A DNA stretch of 64,000 bases from Malacoraja senta (taxonomy: Eukaryota): the NCBI GenBank assembly GCA_038087875.1, contig CM075987.1:12834001-12898000 (forward strand), written 5' to 3'. Shown in pieces: positions 1-13,049 of this stretch. Every line of letters begins with the position of its first letter. Positions within the stretch are counted from its first letter, which is position 1. The notes below the pieces were generated by a model. It searched no databases and was not told where the DNA came from. It saw only the letters and a program-made list of their open reading frames with translations. Made by a program: the position numbers and the translations under genes.

Positions 1-1268
1 TTTTTGCAGTCAATAAACTTGAGAAAAACGTACGTTATTTTTTGCTTAAACCAGTTATCAGAAAAATATATTGTGTTAGCCTTATGAACTTTAAGTTTAT
101 GAAAGAGAAGGAAAGAGATTAATAAAGATATATAATAATATTTATATAGGGGTTCCTTGAGACATGAAAATTATTTCAAGGGTTCCGCAAGGGTAAAAAG
201 GTTGAGAAACGCTGCACTAGAGGAAGCATATAATCGCAACAGAGGGAATGCAGAAGACATTCACCAGGATGTTGCCTGGAATGGTGGATGTGGTTATAAG
301 GAGAGATTGGATAGGCTGGGTTTATTCTCACTGGGATGTAGGAGGCTGTAGAGTGAGCCCACAAAAGTATATACAATTATAGTGGGGAGTAAGAGGCGGT
401 GTTTACAGTGGCATTTAATGTCCCAACCAGCACGCTGTAGGAAGAAGCCGGAGCACCAAAGGAAAACCCACACAGTCAAAGAGAGATCGTACAGACTGCA
501 ATGGAGGTCGGGATCAGGTCCAGTTCTTTGGAGCTGTTAATTAACAGCACCGACAATTACTATAGGTCTAGGACAGTGAATTTAACCATGATCTATAGGA
601 ACCTTTCACAACTATATGTGATTGTGCCCTCAACTCAGTTGTCCACAGTGATCAAATTACAAGGACAGTGATCAGAATAAAAACTTGCCCATCTCTTGCT
701 TAGATAGTTCTGTAAATGTAGGATATCTTATATATTTTTGACTGTATGCAGTTCATGTGATGGTATTTTAAAAAATAATTTGTGATAGTTATCACAACTA
801 AGGCACAATTATCCTACTTTAAGAAGGGTCCTAACCCAAGACATTGTTTGTCCATTTCCCTCCACAAACGCTGCCTGGCCGCTCGGTTCCCGCAACTGTT
901 TGTTTATTGTGCATTTAGCACAGTCGTATGAAACGACAAAGATATATTGAGAGTAAAGTTTCTAAACTGACATAATGTGAATTAGCTATTGAAAATTATT
1001 CCAAGCAGAGGCAAATTGAAAAACAAATCGAAGGGGAAGTTGACAGGCATATGAAGAGCAAAGGCTGTAGGATTGCACAGAAATAAGAAGGGATTGATGA
1101 GATTGCTCTGATCCTATCTGGCATGAACCCATTGGGCCGAATGGTTTCTTTCTGTGTCCCCATAAGTAAAGAGCATAGGTCACCATGAACCCACAGTGTG
1201 AGAAGCTGAAATAGCAGAAAGAACAAAAAAAGGTAGGGAAAAAATAAACAATGTGGAGAAAACATCTA

Positions 1269-1509
1269 GTTTTTAAGAAGGAACTGCAGATGCTGGAAAA
1301 TCGAAGGTACACAAAAATGCTGTAGAAACTCAGCGGGTGCAGCAGCATCTATGGAGCGAAGGAAATAGGCAACGTTTCGGGCCGAAACCCTTCTTCAGAC
1401 TGATGGGGTGTGGGGAGAAGAAAGGAAAAAGGCGGAGGACGAGCCCGAGGGCTGAGGGATGGGAGGAGACAGCCTGAGGGCCGAGGAAGGGGAGGAGACA
1501 GCAAGGGCT
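1269..1509 (-). mobile_element. Penelope-derived short element with a hammerhead core
   Basis: The - strand reads CTGAAGAAGGGTTTCGGCCCGAAACGTT; TSD AACATCTA (1261-1268 / 1510-1517). Confidence 0.75.
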
Positions 1510-4355
1510 AACATCTAACTGCACGTATCACTCGCAATAGATCATTCCCAGCGCCGACATTTCACAGTCACATTGCTACACAGAATACCTGTAAAAGTAC
1601 TAGCACACTTGTCATTCATCGTCAGGCAGATGCTTCAAATTCAGGCCAACAAAATCCTGCAATAAAACAGCACAAATCAGAATCAGTAGTCCAAGATAGA
1701 GCTGAAAAGTCAAGAGTTCTGTACCTGCTGTCTCATTCTCATTGGATCCAATTAAACTCTGAAGAATATTTCAAAAAGCATCACGATCAAAGAACATAGA
1801 AGCAAAGTAACATGGTATCCGGAGCAAGAATGAACACCCGAGTCTGTACCAGACTCGGTGTCCATTCTTGTTCCGGATACCATATTACTTTGCTTCTATG
1901 TTCTTTTGATCTCTTGGTCTCTGCATTAAAGGGAGGCTTAGGTGGAGTCCATAAATACCATGGAATAAAAAGCCAAACCGAGATGAGAGAAATGAGTCGG
2001 GTTCAGCACACAAAGAACATAATTTGTCAAGTAAGTTAATTACTGGATTTTTAGACATGGCCCAGGTGTAGCAGAATCGACAAGTATCACATATAGACTA
2101 AGAAATAAAGAGGAACAAAAACAGAAAATGCTGGGAATACTCAGTGGGTCAGGCAGCATTTGTAGAAGGATAAATGGTTAACATTTCAAGTCTGGTATCC
2201 TTCATCCAAAATGAAAAAATAGGAAAAATAAGTTAGTTTTAGTTTAGTTTGTTATTGTCACCAAGTTTTTACTAAAACAAACTCATTCTTCCTATTTTTT
2301 CATTTTGGATGCAAACTAACCTTTTTAGGTTTTTTACCGTGAAGGGTTAGTTTGCAGTCACAGATAAGGTGGAGGAGGGATAGGTTGAACAAAGGGAATA
2401 TCTTTGAACAAATGAGTAAACACTGCTGAGTAAATGAGAAAAGCACGGATGAGATTAAGCTTCTTGGTTTGTGTAATGTTTTGCTCGTGGGAAAATCGTG
2501 GGACCGGCCCATACCCGACTATATAAATAATAAAAGAGAAACTGAGCCAAAAGAACTAAAAGAAAAGGTCAGGTACACAAAAATGCTGGAGAAACATCAG
2601 CGGGTGCAGCAGCATCTATGGAGCGAAGGAAATAGGCAACGTTTCGGGCCGAAAAGGAAAGGTCAGTCAGAAAGAAAGTGAGCTACCTGCAATTAGAGAA
2701 TTTGATAAGTGTAGAAGGCTGCAAACATGTTCATACAGAAGATGAGGTGCTTTAACTTAGCCTGTAACAGTGCAGGAGGCCAATGAAGAAAGGTAAGACT
2801 GAGAATGACATGGGGAATTAAAGCAAAAGGCAACTGGAAGTTCAGGATCACTCCCGTGGATTGAACACAGGTGCTCCACAAAGTAATCACCCAATCTGCA
2901 TTTGGTTGCTCCAAGATAAAGAAAACATTCACATTGTGAAAACCTGAACATTAGGTTGGATGATGTGCAAGTGGATCATTGCTTCACCTGGAAAGACTGT
3001 TCCTGTTACTGGATGGTGACAGGTGGCAATAGGTGAAAGCACTGGCAATGCATCTCCTGCAGGTGCTTGGAAAGTGGTAGGTAGTCACAGAAGAGCAAAC
3101 CAAGGAATAGCAAAGGGAACGATCCCTTCGAAACGCAGAAAGGGAAGGGAAGTGTGTGTTTGGTGGTGGCATCACAATGAAGCTGACAGAAATGACAAAA
3201 GATGATCTTCTAAATGCAGAGGCTGGCGAGGCAGATGGTGAGGATCAGGGGAACTATGTTTTTGGTCCATCCACAAGGAAAGGAGGTGATAGGGAATAAA
3301 ACGTAGAACAGTACAGCACAAGAATAGGCCCTATGGCCCACGATGTCTGTGCTGAACATGATGCCAAGATCATCACTTATCTGCCAGCACATAATCCATA
3401 TCCTTCCATTCCCTGCACATCCATGTGCCTATCCAAAAGTCTTTTAAATGCCACTATTATATCTGTTTCAACGACTGACCCGGCAGCGCATTCCAGGCAC
3501 TCACCACCATTTGTGTAAAACACAATTGCCCTGCACATCTCCTTTGTCACTCTGCCATTCTCACCTTAATGTTATGCCGTCTAGTAGTTGCTTTCTCTAT
3601 CCTGGGAAATGATGATGACTGTCTACCTTATCTATGCATCTCATAATTGTTTATGCTCTCTCTGCAACCTCTGGCATTCCATAGAAAACAATCCAAGTCT
3701 GTCCAATGTCTTCCTGTAGCTAATACCCCCCTAATCCAACCATCATTCTGGTAAACATCCGCTGCACCCTTTCCAAAGCCTCCACATCATTCCTGTAATG
3801 GGGCAACCGGAACTGCACATAATACTCCAAATGCGATCTAGCCAAAGTCCTATGAAGCTGTATCATGATGATCACAAATAGACAAGATGTAATCAAGGGC
3901 TCCAACGCTATCACAAAGTGGAAAGTCACAGTAGAAGAAGATAGACATTTCAGAGGCACTTGTGTGGAATATCCCATCATCACAGCAAACATGATGGAAA
4001 TGAAGGAACTGGGAGAATGAAATGTTGCAGATGGGAGGAAGAACAATTAGGACAGCTGTGGGGGTCTGTGTGCTTGCCTATCCCATGACGTGGTGAGATC
4101 CAAAACGAGAGGGGTAGAGTCATAGATGGATCGTGTGACGTTTGGAGCACAATAGAAACTGACCACAAAGGTGATGAAATTATTGAGCTCTTTTCAAATT
4201 AAAAATGTGGGCCTGGTATTATATGAGGTTAATGTCATCATATCCAAAAGTCTTTTAAATGCCACTACCGTATCTGCTTCAACTACCAAGCCCAGCAGCA
4301 CATTCCAGGCACTAATCACCCTCTGTGTAAAGATTTACTCTATTTGGATACAGTA

Positions 4356-4690
4356 GGGTGGCACAGTGGCACAGCGAGAGAGCTGCTGCCTCACAGTGCC
4401 AAGACCAGAGTACAATCCTGACCTTGGCTGCTGTCCATGTGGGGCTTGCACATTCTTTGTGATCACGTGGGTTTCTTGTGGGTGTTCGCATTTCCTAATC
4501 CCACATCCTCAGCACACATCTCAAAGACGTGTGGACTGATGGATAAATTGGCCACTATTAATGTTGCGAGTGGTAGAATCTTTGGGGAGTTGTGCAAAGA
4601 ATAAAATAGGATTGGTGTAAATGAATGCTTGATGGTCAGCGCAGACTTGGTGGATTGTAGGGCTTGTTTCTGTGCAGTATGACACTGCAA
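4356..4690 (+). mobile_element. tRNA-derived V-SINE/HE1-type SINE
   Basis: GGTGGCACAGTGGCACAGCG head, V-domain-like core, CR1-like tail. Confidence 0.7.
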
Positions 4691-4879
4691 CTCTATGCAG
4701 AATTGGAGACACAAGTTCGGCAGAATGCCAAGAGACTGAGATTATAACTAGGAGATTGATAAAGTAACCAGAGATGGAGGTACCTGTACATTTGTCAGAT
4801 CCAATGCCCGGTAAAAGGAAGACATAAGTCAGATGTAGTGTAAAGAAACAGATTGACAATGGGGGGGGGGGGGGTAATA

Positions 4880-6560
4880 ATTATCCTGTTATTAAATGGT
4901 TTGCAATGTGTGTAAAGACATAAAGGGCCCAGAACTCCAAAACTGATGTCACAACAACATTTTTAGCCAGTCTACAAAGCCTAACAAAAGATTTTGTTTT
5001 AGGGAATTAAACTAAGCAGATGATATGAGTGTCATTTGGAGAGAATTTTTTTGGTTGTGATCATAACTGAAGGAGGGCAAAATAGCAAGGTTTCTAAATT
5101 GGTTAAGGCCAAATTTGCAAGACTAAAGCAGTATCACAAGCTGTCTGGAAATAATCACTTGAAGGTAATTCAGCCTCGGAGCAATCGGAGGCATTAAGGG
5201 AGGAGATTCAGGATTTTCAAAGTCAATATATTCCCACAATTAGAGATCGGACCACCTAATCTAGATTGGATAGCAAAATAAATGGAGGATGTAAAAGAGC
5301 GAAACTCATAAGAGAGAGCAAGAGCTTCATGCAGCAGAAAGCCTGGTTCAGTAGAGTGTAGGAGTGAAAATAAAAAAAACTGATTAGAAAAACACAGAGG
5401 CCACAGGAAAAAAACTGGGAAGTAAGATTAGAGCAAGTTCAAAGATGCTTTATGTACATAAAGAGCAGGTGGTTAACAAGAAAAAGACATGATCATAAAG
5501 GTAACCCGTATGTAAATGCAGAGGATGTGGGGAAGGTTTTTAATGAATATTTTACAGTAGTTTTCAAAGCAGAAACAGATGATGCTGAATTTGCTGTTAT
5601 GGAGGCTTGTATGAAATACCCAAAGGAATAAGTATAGTAAGAGAGAAAGGATTAAGGGGTTTATCGTCTTTGAAAGCAGATAAATAACCAGGCCCAGATA
5701 AAGTTGTTAACAGAAGTAATAGAGAGAATTGCTGAGCCTCTGACAATTTTCAAGCCTCTCTGACTACAGGAATGGTCTCAGAGCATTGAGGCCTATTAAT
5801 GTTGTACCATTATCTAAAAATAGAGGCAGGAATAAACCAAACAATTATAGGCTAGCTAGCTGGTTAAATGGAGGATGAATTAGTGGAATCAATTCTGAGG
5901 GTTGTTATAAACCTTAAATTAGAAAGGCACAAATTAACCAAAAGCAGACATCTTAGGTTTGTTAAGAACAGGTCATGTCTGATTAATTATTGTATTTTTT
6001 GAGGAGATAAAAGGAGAGTCAACAAACCCACTCTATTCGATAATAGTCTATGTGGATCTTGGCAATGGTTTCGACAAGACTTTGCACGGCAGACTGATCA
6101 ATAATGCAAAAGGGATCCAAAAGAACGTGGCAAATTGGATCCAAAATTGACTCAACGGCAGAAAACAAAGGGCGAAGGGTCGATGGGTTTTGTGACGGGA
6201 ATGTTAATATTAGATTTCACAGGGTTCTGCATTCAATCCTTTGTCTTTTGTAATGTATATTAATAATTTAGGGCAGCTTGAGGAGTTTGGAGATGGTATA
6301 AAAAATGATAATATGGTTGGAATGAAGATATAGATGTTTTGGTCAGTTGGACAGAAAAGTTGCAAATGTAATTACATGTAGGAAAGTGTGAAGTGATACA
6401 GTTGGTAATGCAACAATATATAAGAGAACAAACAGAAATAGGGTACAAAGTATGGAGGAATGGAGGAACTTGGGTTCTATGTCCACAACACCATTACAAG
6501 GTTAATGTTTATAGGATGCTTGCTTTTATTAGCTGAGGCACAGAATACAAGAACAAGCTA
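4880..6560 (+). mobile_element. Degenerate CR1 LINE ORF2 fragment
   Basis: Decayed PGPD, NVVPL.K...NYRL.S, GFVKNRSCLIN and WIQNWL..RKQR-type motifs with many stops. Confidence 0.75.
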
Positions 6561-6589
6561 AATATGTATATAATGTGGAAGATGGGGGG

Positions 6590-7900
6590 GAAAGAAAAGC
6601 AGGATTGTGGGAGAAATGAGTGCGCACCCAGGTGTGGCATAAGGAAGAGAGGGGGAGAAGGGGGAAAGTGAGGGGCAATCGCTGACCATCTCTGACATCT
6701 CTCTCCCCCTTTTTGATCTCTCTGTCTCCATCAAAGAGAGACTATCGACTGGCCTCCACTATAAACCCACTGACTCCAACAGTTATCTGGACTACACCTC
6801 TTCCTGCCTCTTGCAGGGATACTATCCCTTACAATCAATTTCTCTGTCTCCACTGCATCTGCTCCCAAGATGAGGGTTTCCACTCTAGGTTATCCAAGAC
6901 ATCCTCTTTCTTTAGTAAACATGGTTTCCCCCTGCTGTTGTAGATGGATCCCTCAACCACGTCTGCTCTGCATCCCATGGTTCTGCTGTCGCTCCCCCTC
7001 CTCCTAGATGGAACAAGGATAGAGTTCCTCTGATCTCTACCTTTAACCCCATCCAACACATCGGTCTCTGACATTTGCACCACCTTCAACATGATCATTC
7101 ACACCTTCCCTCTATGCTTTCCATAAAGACTATCTCTGTAACTCCTTGGTTCGCTCACCCCATCCCACTTAAACCACCCCTTCTGCAACCGCAGGAGATG
7201 TAACACCCCTCCCTAAACTTCCTCCCTCACATCCATCCAAGGATATCAGCAGTCCTTCCAGGTGAGACAAAGGTTCAGATGCCCCACCTCTCACCTCATC
7301 TACCACATTTGGTGCTCCCAATGTGACTTCCATTACGTAGCATAGACTACTAGGCCACCATGTTGCAGAACACTCAGTCTGCCTAGGCCTGCTGGATTGC
7401 CTAGTTGCTAACCATTTTAACTCCACTTCTCATTCCCCTACCAACCTTTCTGGCCTGGGCCCCCTTCACTGCCAGACGCAAACTGGAGGAACAGCACCTT
7501 ATATTCCTCTTGGGTAGCTCACAACCCAATTGTTTGAACATTGAATTCTCCAATTTTAGGTAAGACCCAACCCGCCAATTTTTTTCATCCCCTCTCTTCC
7601 CCATGTTCCACCCAGATGTGCACCCATTTCTCCTACTATCCTACCCCCCTCCCCTTCCACTTATATCCCTTCCTCTGGCTTCACATTTCACTCCTCTCTT
7701 TATCTCACACCCTTTGTCTCCTTTTCATCTCTCGCCTTTGTCCACCTGTCTTCCAATGTAACCCTCCTTCACATGTATCCACCTACCACTTGTCCCATCC
7801 GCAGCTCTTTACCGGCCTGTAGAAGGTTCTTGATCCAAAATGTCACTTGTCCATTCCCTCTGCAGATGCTACCTGACCCTTTAAGTTGTTCCATCACTTG
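6590..7900 (+). mobile_element. Degenerate Penelope-like element (C-terminal RT / GIY-YIG region, 3' repeat and inverted 5' copy)
   Basis: Decayed KPTDS..YLDY..SH...IPYNQFL.L..ICS and NLIY.I.C..C...Y.GET-type coding remnants; 6600-6665 is an inverted copy of about 7590-7640. Confidence 0.7.
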
Positions 7901-9812
7901 TGTTTAGTTCTAAACAGAGTGCAGGAATAGAGATAACTGCACATTGATTTAGGGAGACACAAAATGCTGAAGTAACTCAGCGGGACAGGCAGCATCTCTG
8001 GAGAGAAGGACTGGGTGACGTTTTGGGTCATGACAATCCGATTTGCACTGATTTTGAAAGCAACAGGACATATTCAGAAAGTAGCAAAAATTATCAAAGC
8101 AAATAGTTTCACAAATAGAGACGTTGAGTATAAAAGCAAGGAAGTGATGCTGAACCTTATAAAGCTATGGTTAAACCATATCTAAAATACTGCATCCAGT
8201 TCTGGTCACCACATTTTAGAAGGATGTAAAGAAGATTTAGCAGACTGTTTTGAGGGATGAAGGATTTTAGCAACAAACATTCAACTAAATGCAGGAATCA
8301 GTGCAATGTAAATACTAGGATTAGAGAAATGGACAGAACACAATATCTGAAAACTGATTTCAGAGATTCGGATATAGTATTAAGAGACATTAAAGATCTG
8401 GAAACTGAGAGCCTTCATGTGCAACAGGTGCAGTGAAGTTGGATGAGTACAGAGAAACTTGGAGGCATAGATCAGAAACAGCATCTAGGGACATGATTTC
8501 TTACTGTATCAGGAGATGGATCGGGAAGGAGAGATTATGGACATGCATCAGGTATATTATCCATACTGAAGACATAACTTGGGAACAATTTGTAAAAAGT
8601 GTGGCTAAATAGATAATTCAAGACCAGTATTTATAGACTAATCAGGGACACCAATCAGAGGCTGAAATGAGAGGTATGGCCAAGGACAGTCGCTAGAAGC
8701 TGTGATTAGTACATGGATCAGTTGCAGGAAATGGAAACATAATAGAAAACTGGGCTCGGCAGTCCCCAGAGAGTGATGAAGACAGGCTTTGCATATAATC
8801 TTAGAAGACAGGTTAGAAACTTTACCTGCGTTAGACTCTTGAGACTGTCCTTACACTTTTCTTCCAGTGTATCTGCAGAATGAACATACAGATTTTGTTT
8901 GAAACTGTAAGAGATTCACTTTTTAGCAATTCTTCAATTTAAAGGCTGCCAATATCTCCTTGGAAATTAATAGTGCAAGCTCACATTGCAAGATCTTGCT
9001 TTAGCTAAAATCATGTGTCTGGGAGAAGTATCAAGTCCACCTCAAGACCTTGGAAAAACAATCCATTTGAAACCCTGTTTTTAGTCATTAAAAATTTTAA
9101 CTATGGAATAAAGTAGCAGTAAAAAATTATATGATTATAACGTAGAGGGACATCCATTTAACACTGAGATAAGGCAAAATTATTTCTCTCAGAGGGTGGT
9201 GAATCTCTGGAATTCTCCGACCCAGATGAAGACAATATTATTAAATTTAAGGTGGAGATAGGTAAATAGTTGAAAGATCAAGGAATTGAGGGTTATGGGG
9301 AACTGGCACAGAGGAGGAGTTGATACCAACATAGATCAGCCATGATCATATTAAATGGTGTGGCAGGCTTGAGGGGCCGAGCAATCAACTCCTGCCCTGT
9401 TTTCTTGTGTTCTTCGGAATTATATCATTCATCCATTAACAAACTAAAACAAACAACAAGGGAAAACATCACAATAAAAGCTTACATGAGCAGTTCAATA
9501 TTAACACAAGCCCTTTTGGATTGGAATCAAAGATAAGCAGATTAAACAGCAAATGCACAATGGAGGACTTTACAAGAGATACTTGGGCACTCAGAGCTTT
9601 GGATAACGCTTGATCATGAGATCAAAATGAAACAGAGGAAGAAGTCTAATGATAAAATTCAATGTCAGATCTTTGTTCATGTAACCCCTTTCATAGCTGT
9701 TACCTTTTCATATTCTGACCTTTTCTTATGACAAAATAAACCATTCAGTCCATCAATGTCTATGCCCAGTCTCACAGCATTCCCATCAGTCACATCCCCC
9801 TTTAACATAGCG

Positions 9813-10110
9813 GACGGCACTGTGGCGCAGCGTTAGAGTTACTACCTTACAGCGCCAGAGGCTCGGGTTTGAGCCTGACTACGAGTGCTCACTGTGCAGA
9901 GGTGACACGATCTCCCTGTAATCATGTGCGTTTTCTCCGGGTGCTCTAGTTTTCTCCAGCAATCCAAAGATGTGCAGGTTGGTAGGTTAATTGGCTTCTA
10001 TAAATTGCCCCTTGTGTGTAGGATAGAACTCGTGTACGGGGTGATTGTTGGCCGGTGCGGATTCGGTGGGCCGAAGGGCCTGTTTCCACGCGGTATCTCT
10101 AAACTAAATC
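9813..10110 (+). mobile_element. tRNA-derived V-SINE/HE1-type SINE
   Basis: GGCACTGTGGCGCAGCG head; TCTCTAAACTAAA tail. Confidence 0.75.
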
Positions 10111-10524
10111 TATTCTCTTTCATGTCAATCAACTTATTCTTATGCCACCTGCTTACACCCAGGGCAATTAACCAAATTCTGCACTTTTGCTACGAATCCC
10201 TCTTTTCATCCTCCCCTAACAAAATGTAACACCTTCTAATTCTCAGCATTAAATTTCATCTGCCACCCCTCTGGCAATTCCAGAACAGCATCTTACTTGA
10301 ACTAAAAAATCACAAATTTTGGAGCTCAACACAAATTCTACTATTTCAGAGAATCAACCATTCTGTCCCTGTAACTCACGATTTCATAATTAATTTCCCT
10401 TTTCTCTCCTCGCCCAGTAATTTAAGATTGAAATCATCTTTATCTCTCCAGCCATACCTTCTGCTATTCACTAGCCTCTACCATTCCCACCAATCAGCAC
10501 TGCCATCATGCAATTCCTCCTGGT

Positions 10525-10840
10525 CTTAGTTTAGAGATACAACATCCAAACAAGCCCTTCAGCCCACCGAGTCCACGCCAACCATTGATCATCCGTTCAC
10601 AATAGTTCTATGTTATCCCACTATCGCATCCACTCCTTACACTCCAAGAACAATTTACAGAGGCCAATTAACCTACCAACCTACATGTCTTTGGGATGTG
10701 GGAGGAAACCGGAGCACCTGGAGGAAACCCACACGGTCACAGGGAAACCTTGCAAACTCCACCCAGATAGCACCCAAGGTTAGGATCGAACCCAGGTCTC
10801 TGGATCTCTGAGTCAGCAGCTCTAATAGCTGCACCAGTGT
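10525..10840 (-). mobile_element. tRNA-derived SINE
   Basis: Reverse-complement copy of the 9813 family. Confidence 0.7.
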
Positions 10841-11516
10841 GCAGTCCTGCCTTTATCCTATCAAAGGCCTTCCTTTCATTTATCTCCGTTCCTGCACTCT
10901 TTCTTCTCAACTTTAAACTTTCTACATCTGAAGAACATTGTTAGGTAGAAATGTTAACTATGTTTCTCTCTCCACCGATGCTGTGCGACCCAAATATTTC
11001 CAGGACTTAGTGGTTTTTATAGCGGTCCCACCTTGGATTGTTTCCAGATGGTTTCAGAGTTATATCCACTTATCCTATTGTCGGTCTAGTTGGTGAGAGA
11101 TGACATGAAAAAAATGAAATGAACTGAATTTTTAGGTTATTGCCTGAAACATAAATATTGGACAACAGTGAATCAAATGTGTACGATATACAGAAGATGT
11201 GCCTATTTATTGAACAAACAAGGCAACATAGCCTCAAGCTATGCATGGACATAGGCGTTGAATTATAAATTCCTACACCGAACTTGCACATCGCTGAAGA
11301 AATAATGAATCTATTGATCTACAGAGGGAAGATGGGGTGACTTTAGGATGCAGCTTTTGTGCCATTGGTATCCTGAACAAACAACAATAAATTCCCCCTT
11401 CTAACTTTCTGCTGGAGGAAAGGTTACTCCTGCAGCAGCTGAAGAAAGGAGCTGAGGTTGCTCTGTGACCCAAAATGGGGCTTAGTCTTGAACAGTACCT
11501 TAGGAAGACCTGCATC

Positions 11517-11650
11517 TTCTTGCGTATGGCGTGCACAGCCTAACGTTGGAGGACAACTTGTTCTATTTGATCTTATTTGATTGTGCACACCAGGTTGATT
11601 GCATTCATCGAAACAGGGCAGACCACGTGAAGGTTGCAATCTCCCACCCC
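11517..11650 (-). mobile_element. Same retroposon family, copy with predicted inactive ribozyme (catalytic C to U)
   Basis: 15-bp TSD AGGAAG(A/T)CCTGCATC (11502-11516 / 11651-11665); J4/2 reads UGAA instead of CGAA (position 11607). Confidence 0.85.
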
Positions 11651-11778
11651 AGGAAGTCCTGCATCAATGTCCAGGACTCAGGTGACTGACCTCTCACAAC
11701 CGAAACAATCTTCCTGGAGGCTGCATCAATTATGAGTTTTCTTCTCAATTCCCATTGACTTCACAGTTATCGGGCCAC

Positions 11779-11871
11779 CTTGTTCTGTTTGGTCTTCCAT
11801 TTGTGCACGGCCAGGTGGATTGCATTCGTTGAAACAGGGTGGACCACGTGAAGGTTGCAATCTCCCACCCC
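11779..11871 (-). mobile_element. Same retroposon family, 3'-truncated inverted copy with HDV-like ribozyme (11818-11871)
   Basis: Nearly identical to 12914-13006 in reverse, including 15 nt of upstream flank; ribozyme core intact. Confidence 0.85.
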
Positions 11872-11933
11872 TTTCAAGCTTCCAACTATAACTGCCACTC
11901 AGTCAACTACTTCCTTGAGGTGAAGGGACTCTC

Positions 11934-12375
11934 ATGCTGAGAGAATGGAGCAGCTGGGCTTGTACACTCTGGAGTTTAGAAGGATGAGAGGGAATCTCAT
12001 TGAAACATATGATTGTTAAGGGCTTGGACACACTAGAGGCAGGAAACATGTTCCCGATGTTGGGGGAGTCCAGAACCAGGGGCCACAGTTTAAGAATAAG
12101 GAGTAAGCCATTTAGAACGGAGACGAGGAAACACTTTTTCTCACAGAGAGTGGTGAGTCTGTGGAATTCTCTGCCTCAGAGGGCGGTGGAGGCAGGTTCT
12201 CTGGATGCTTTCAAGAGAGAGCTAGATAGGGCTCTTAAAAATAGCGGAGTCAGGGGATATGGGGAGAAGGCAGGAATGGGGTACTGATTGGGGATGATCA
12301 GCCAAGATCACATTGAATGGCGGTGCTGGCTCGAAGGGCCAAATGGCCTGCTCCTGCATCTATTGTCTATTGTCT
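11934..12375 (+). mobile_element. Young 5'-truncated CR1 3' end
   Basis: ORF ESRTRGHSLRIRSKPFRTETRKHFFSQRVVSLWNSLPQRAVEAGSLDAFKRELDR; (CTATTGT)n tail. Confidence 0.9.
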
Positions 12376-12913
12376 CACCTCTGGAATTCTGGAGTCATTT
12401 GTACACATTTGGATCCAGGCTGTGACGTTCCTCAGCTTCCAATAGAGAAGACTGACGTTCCTGTTCCTGAGCATCAACGAACAGGTCATTGCTCAATAAC
12501 TGCCACCAGATAGATTGCGAATTGCATCTTCCATTATTTACCAATTGAAAATGGACAGATGGGATGACCATTGATGAGGACATATATGAATAATTTTCCA
12601 CCCTGAGGAATGCCAGATAGAGCTACATTGGAATTGTTCAACTTAATTCTTAGTGGTTCTGGAGGATATGTTTTGAGCAAGGATGCATTTGAATTTATTC
12701 ATCTTCTTTACATCCAGAGATTGCAGCTGCTTTTTGATACATGTTGTGAGATGTAAAGCACCTTCTCCAGCTCAACTCACTCCAGAATATTCTGCACCTT
12801 CAACCTGTGAATATTTGCTATAGCTCTGGCCCACCTCTTACTTTGGGTCTCCAAGACCCTAGCCTCTATGATTTCTTCCCAAACCCTCATTCTTCTCTGT
12901 TGGAAGCTTGAAA

Positions 12914-13049
12914 GGGGTGGGAGATTGCAACCTTCATGTGGTCCACCCTGTTTCAACGAATGCAATCCACCTGGCCGTGCACAAATGGAAGACCAAACAG
13001 AACAAGTTGTCTTACAACTTTATGCTGTGCACGCCATACGCAAAAAGAA
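12914..13049 (+). mobile_element. Same retroposon family, full-length copy with HDV-like ribozyme (12914-12967)
   Basis: Same fold, catalytic C retained, L3 UUCAUGU; AAAAAGAAG tail; TSD-like GAAGCTT(C)GAAA on both sides. Confidence 0.85.

Noticed and set aside
9813-9890. tRNA-like head sequences
   Set aside because: These are SINE heads; no complete cloverleaf, so no tRNA gene was called
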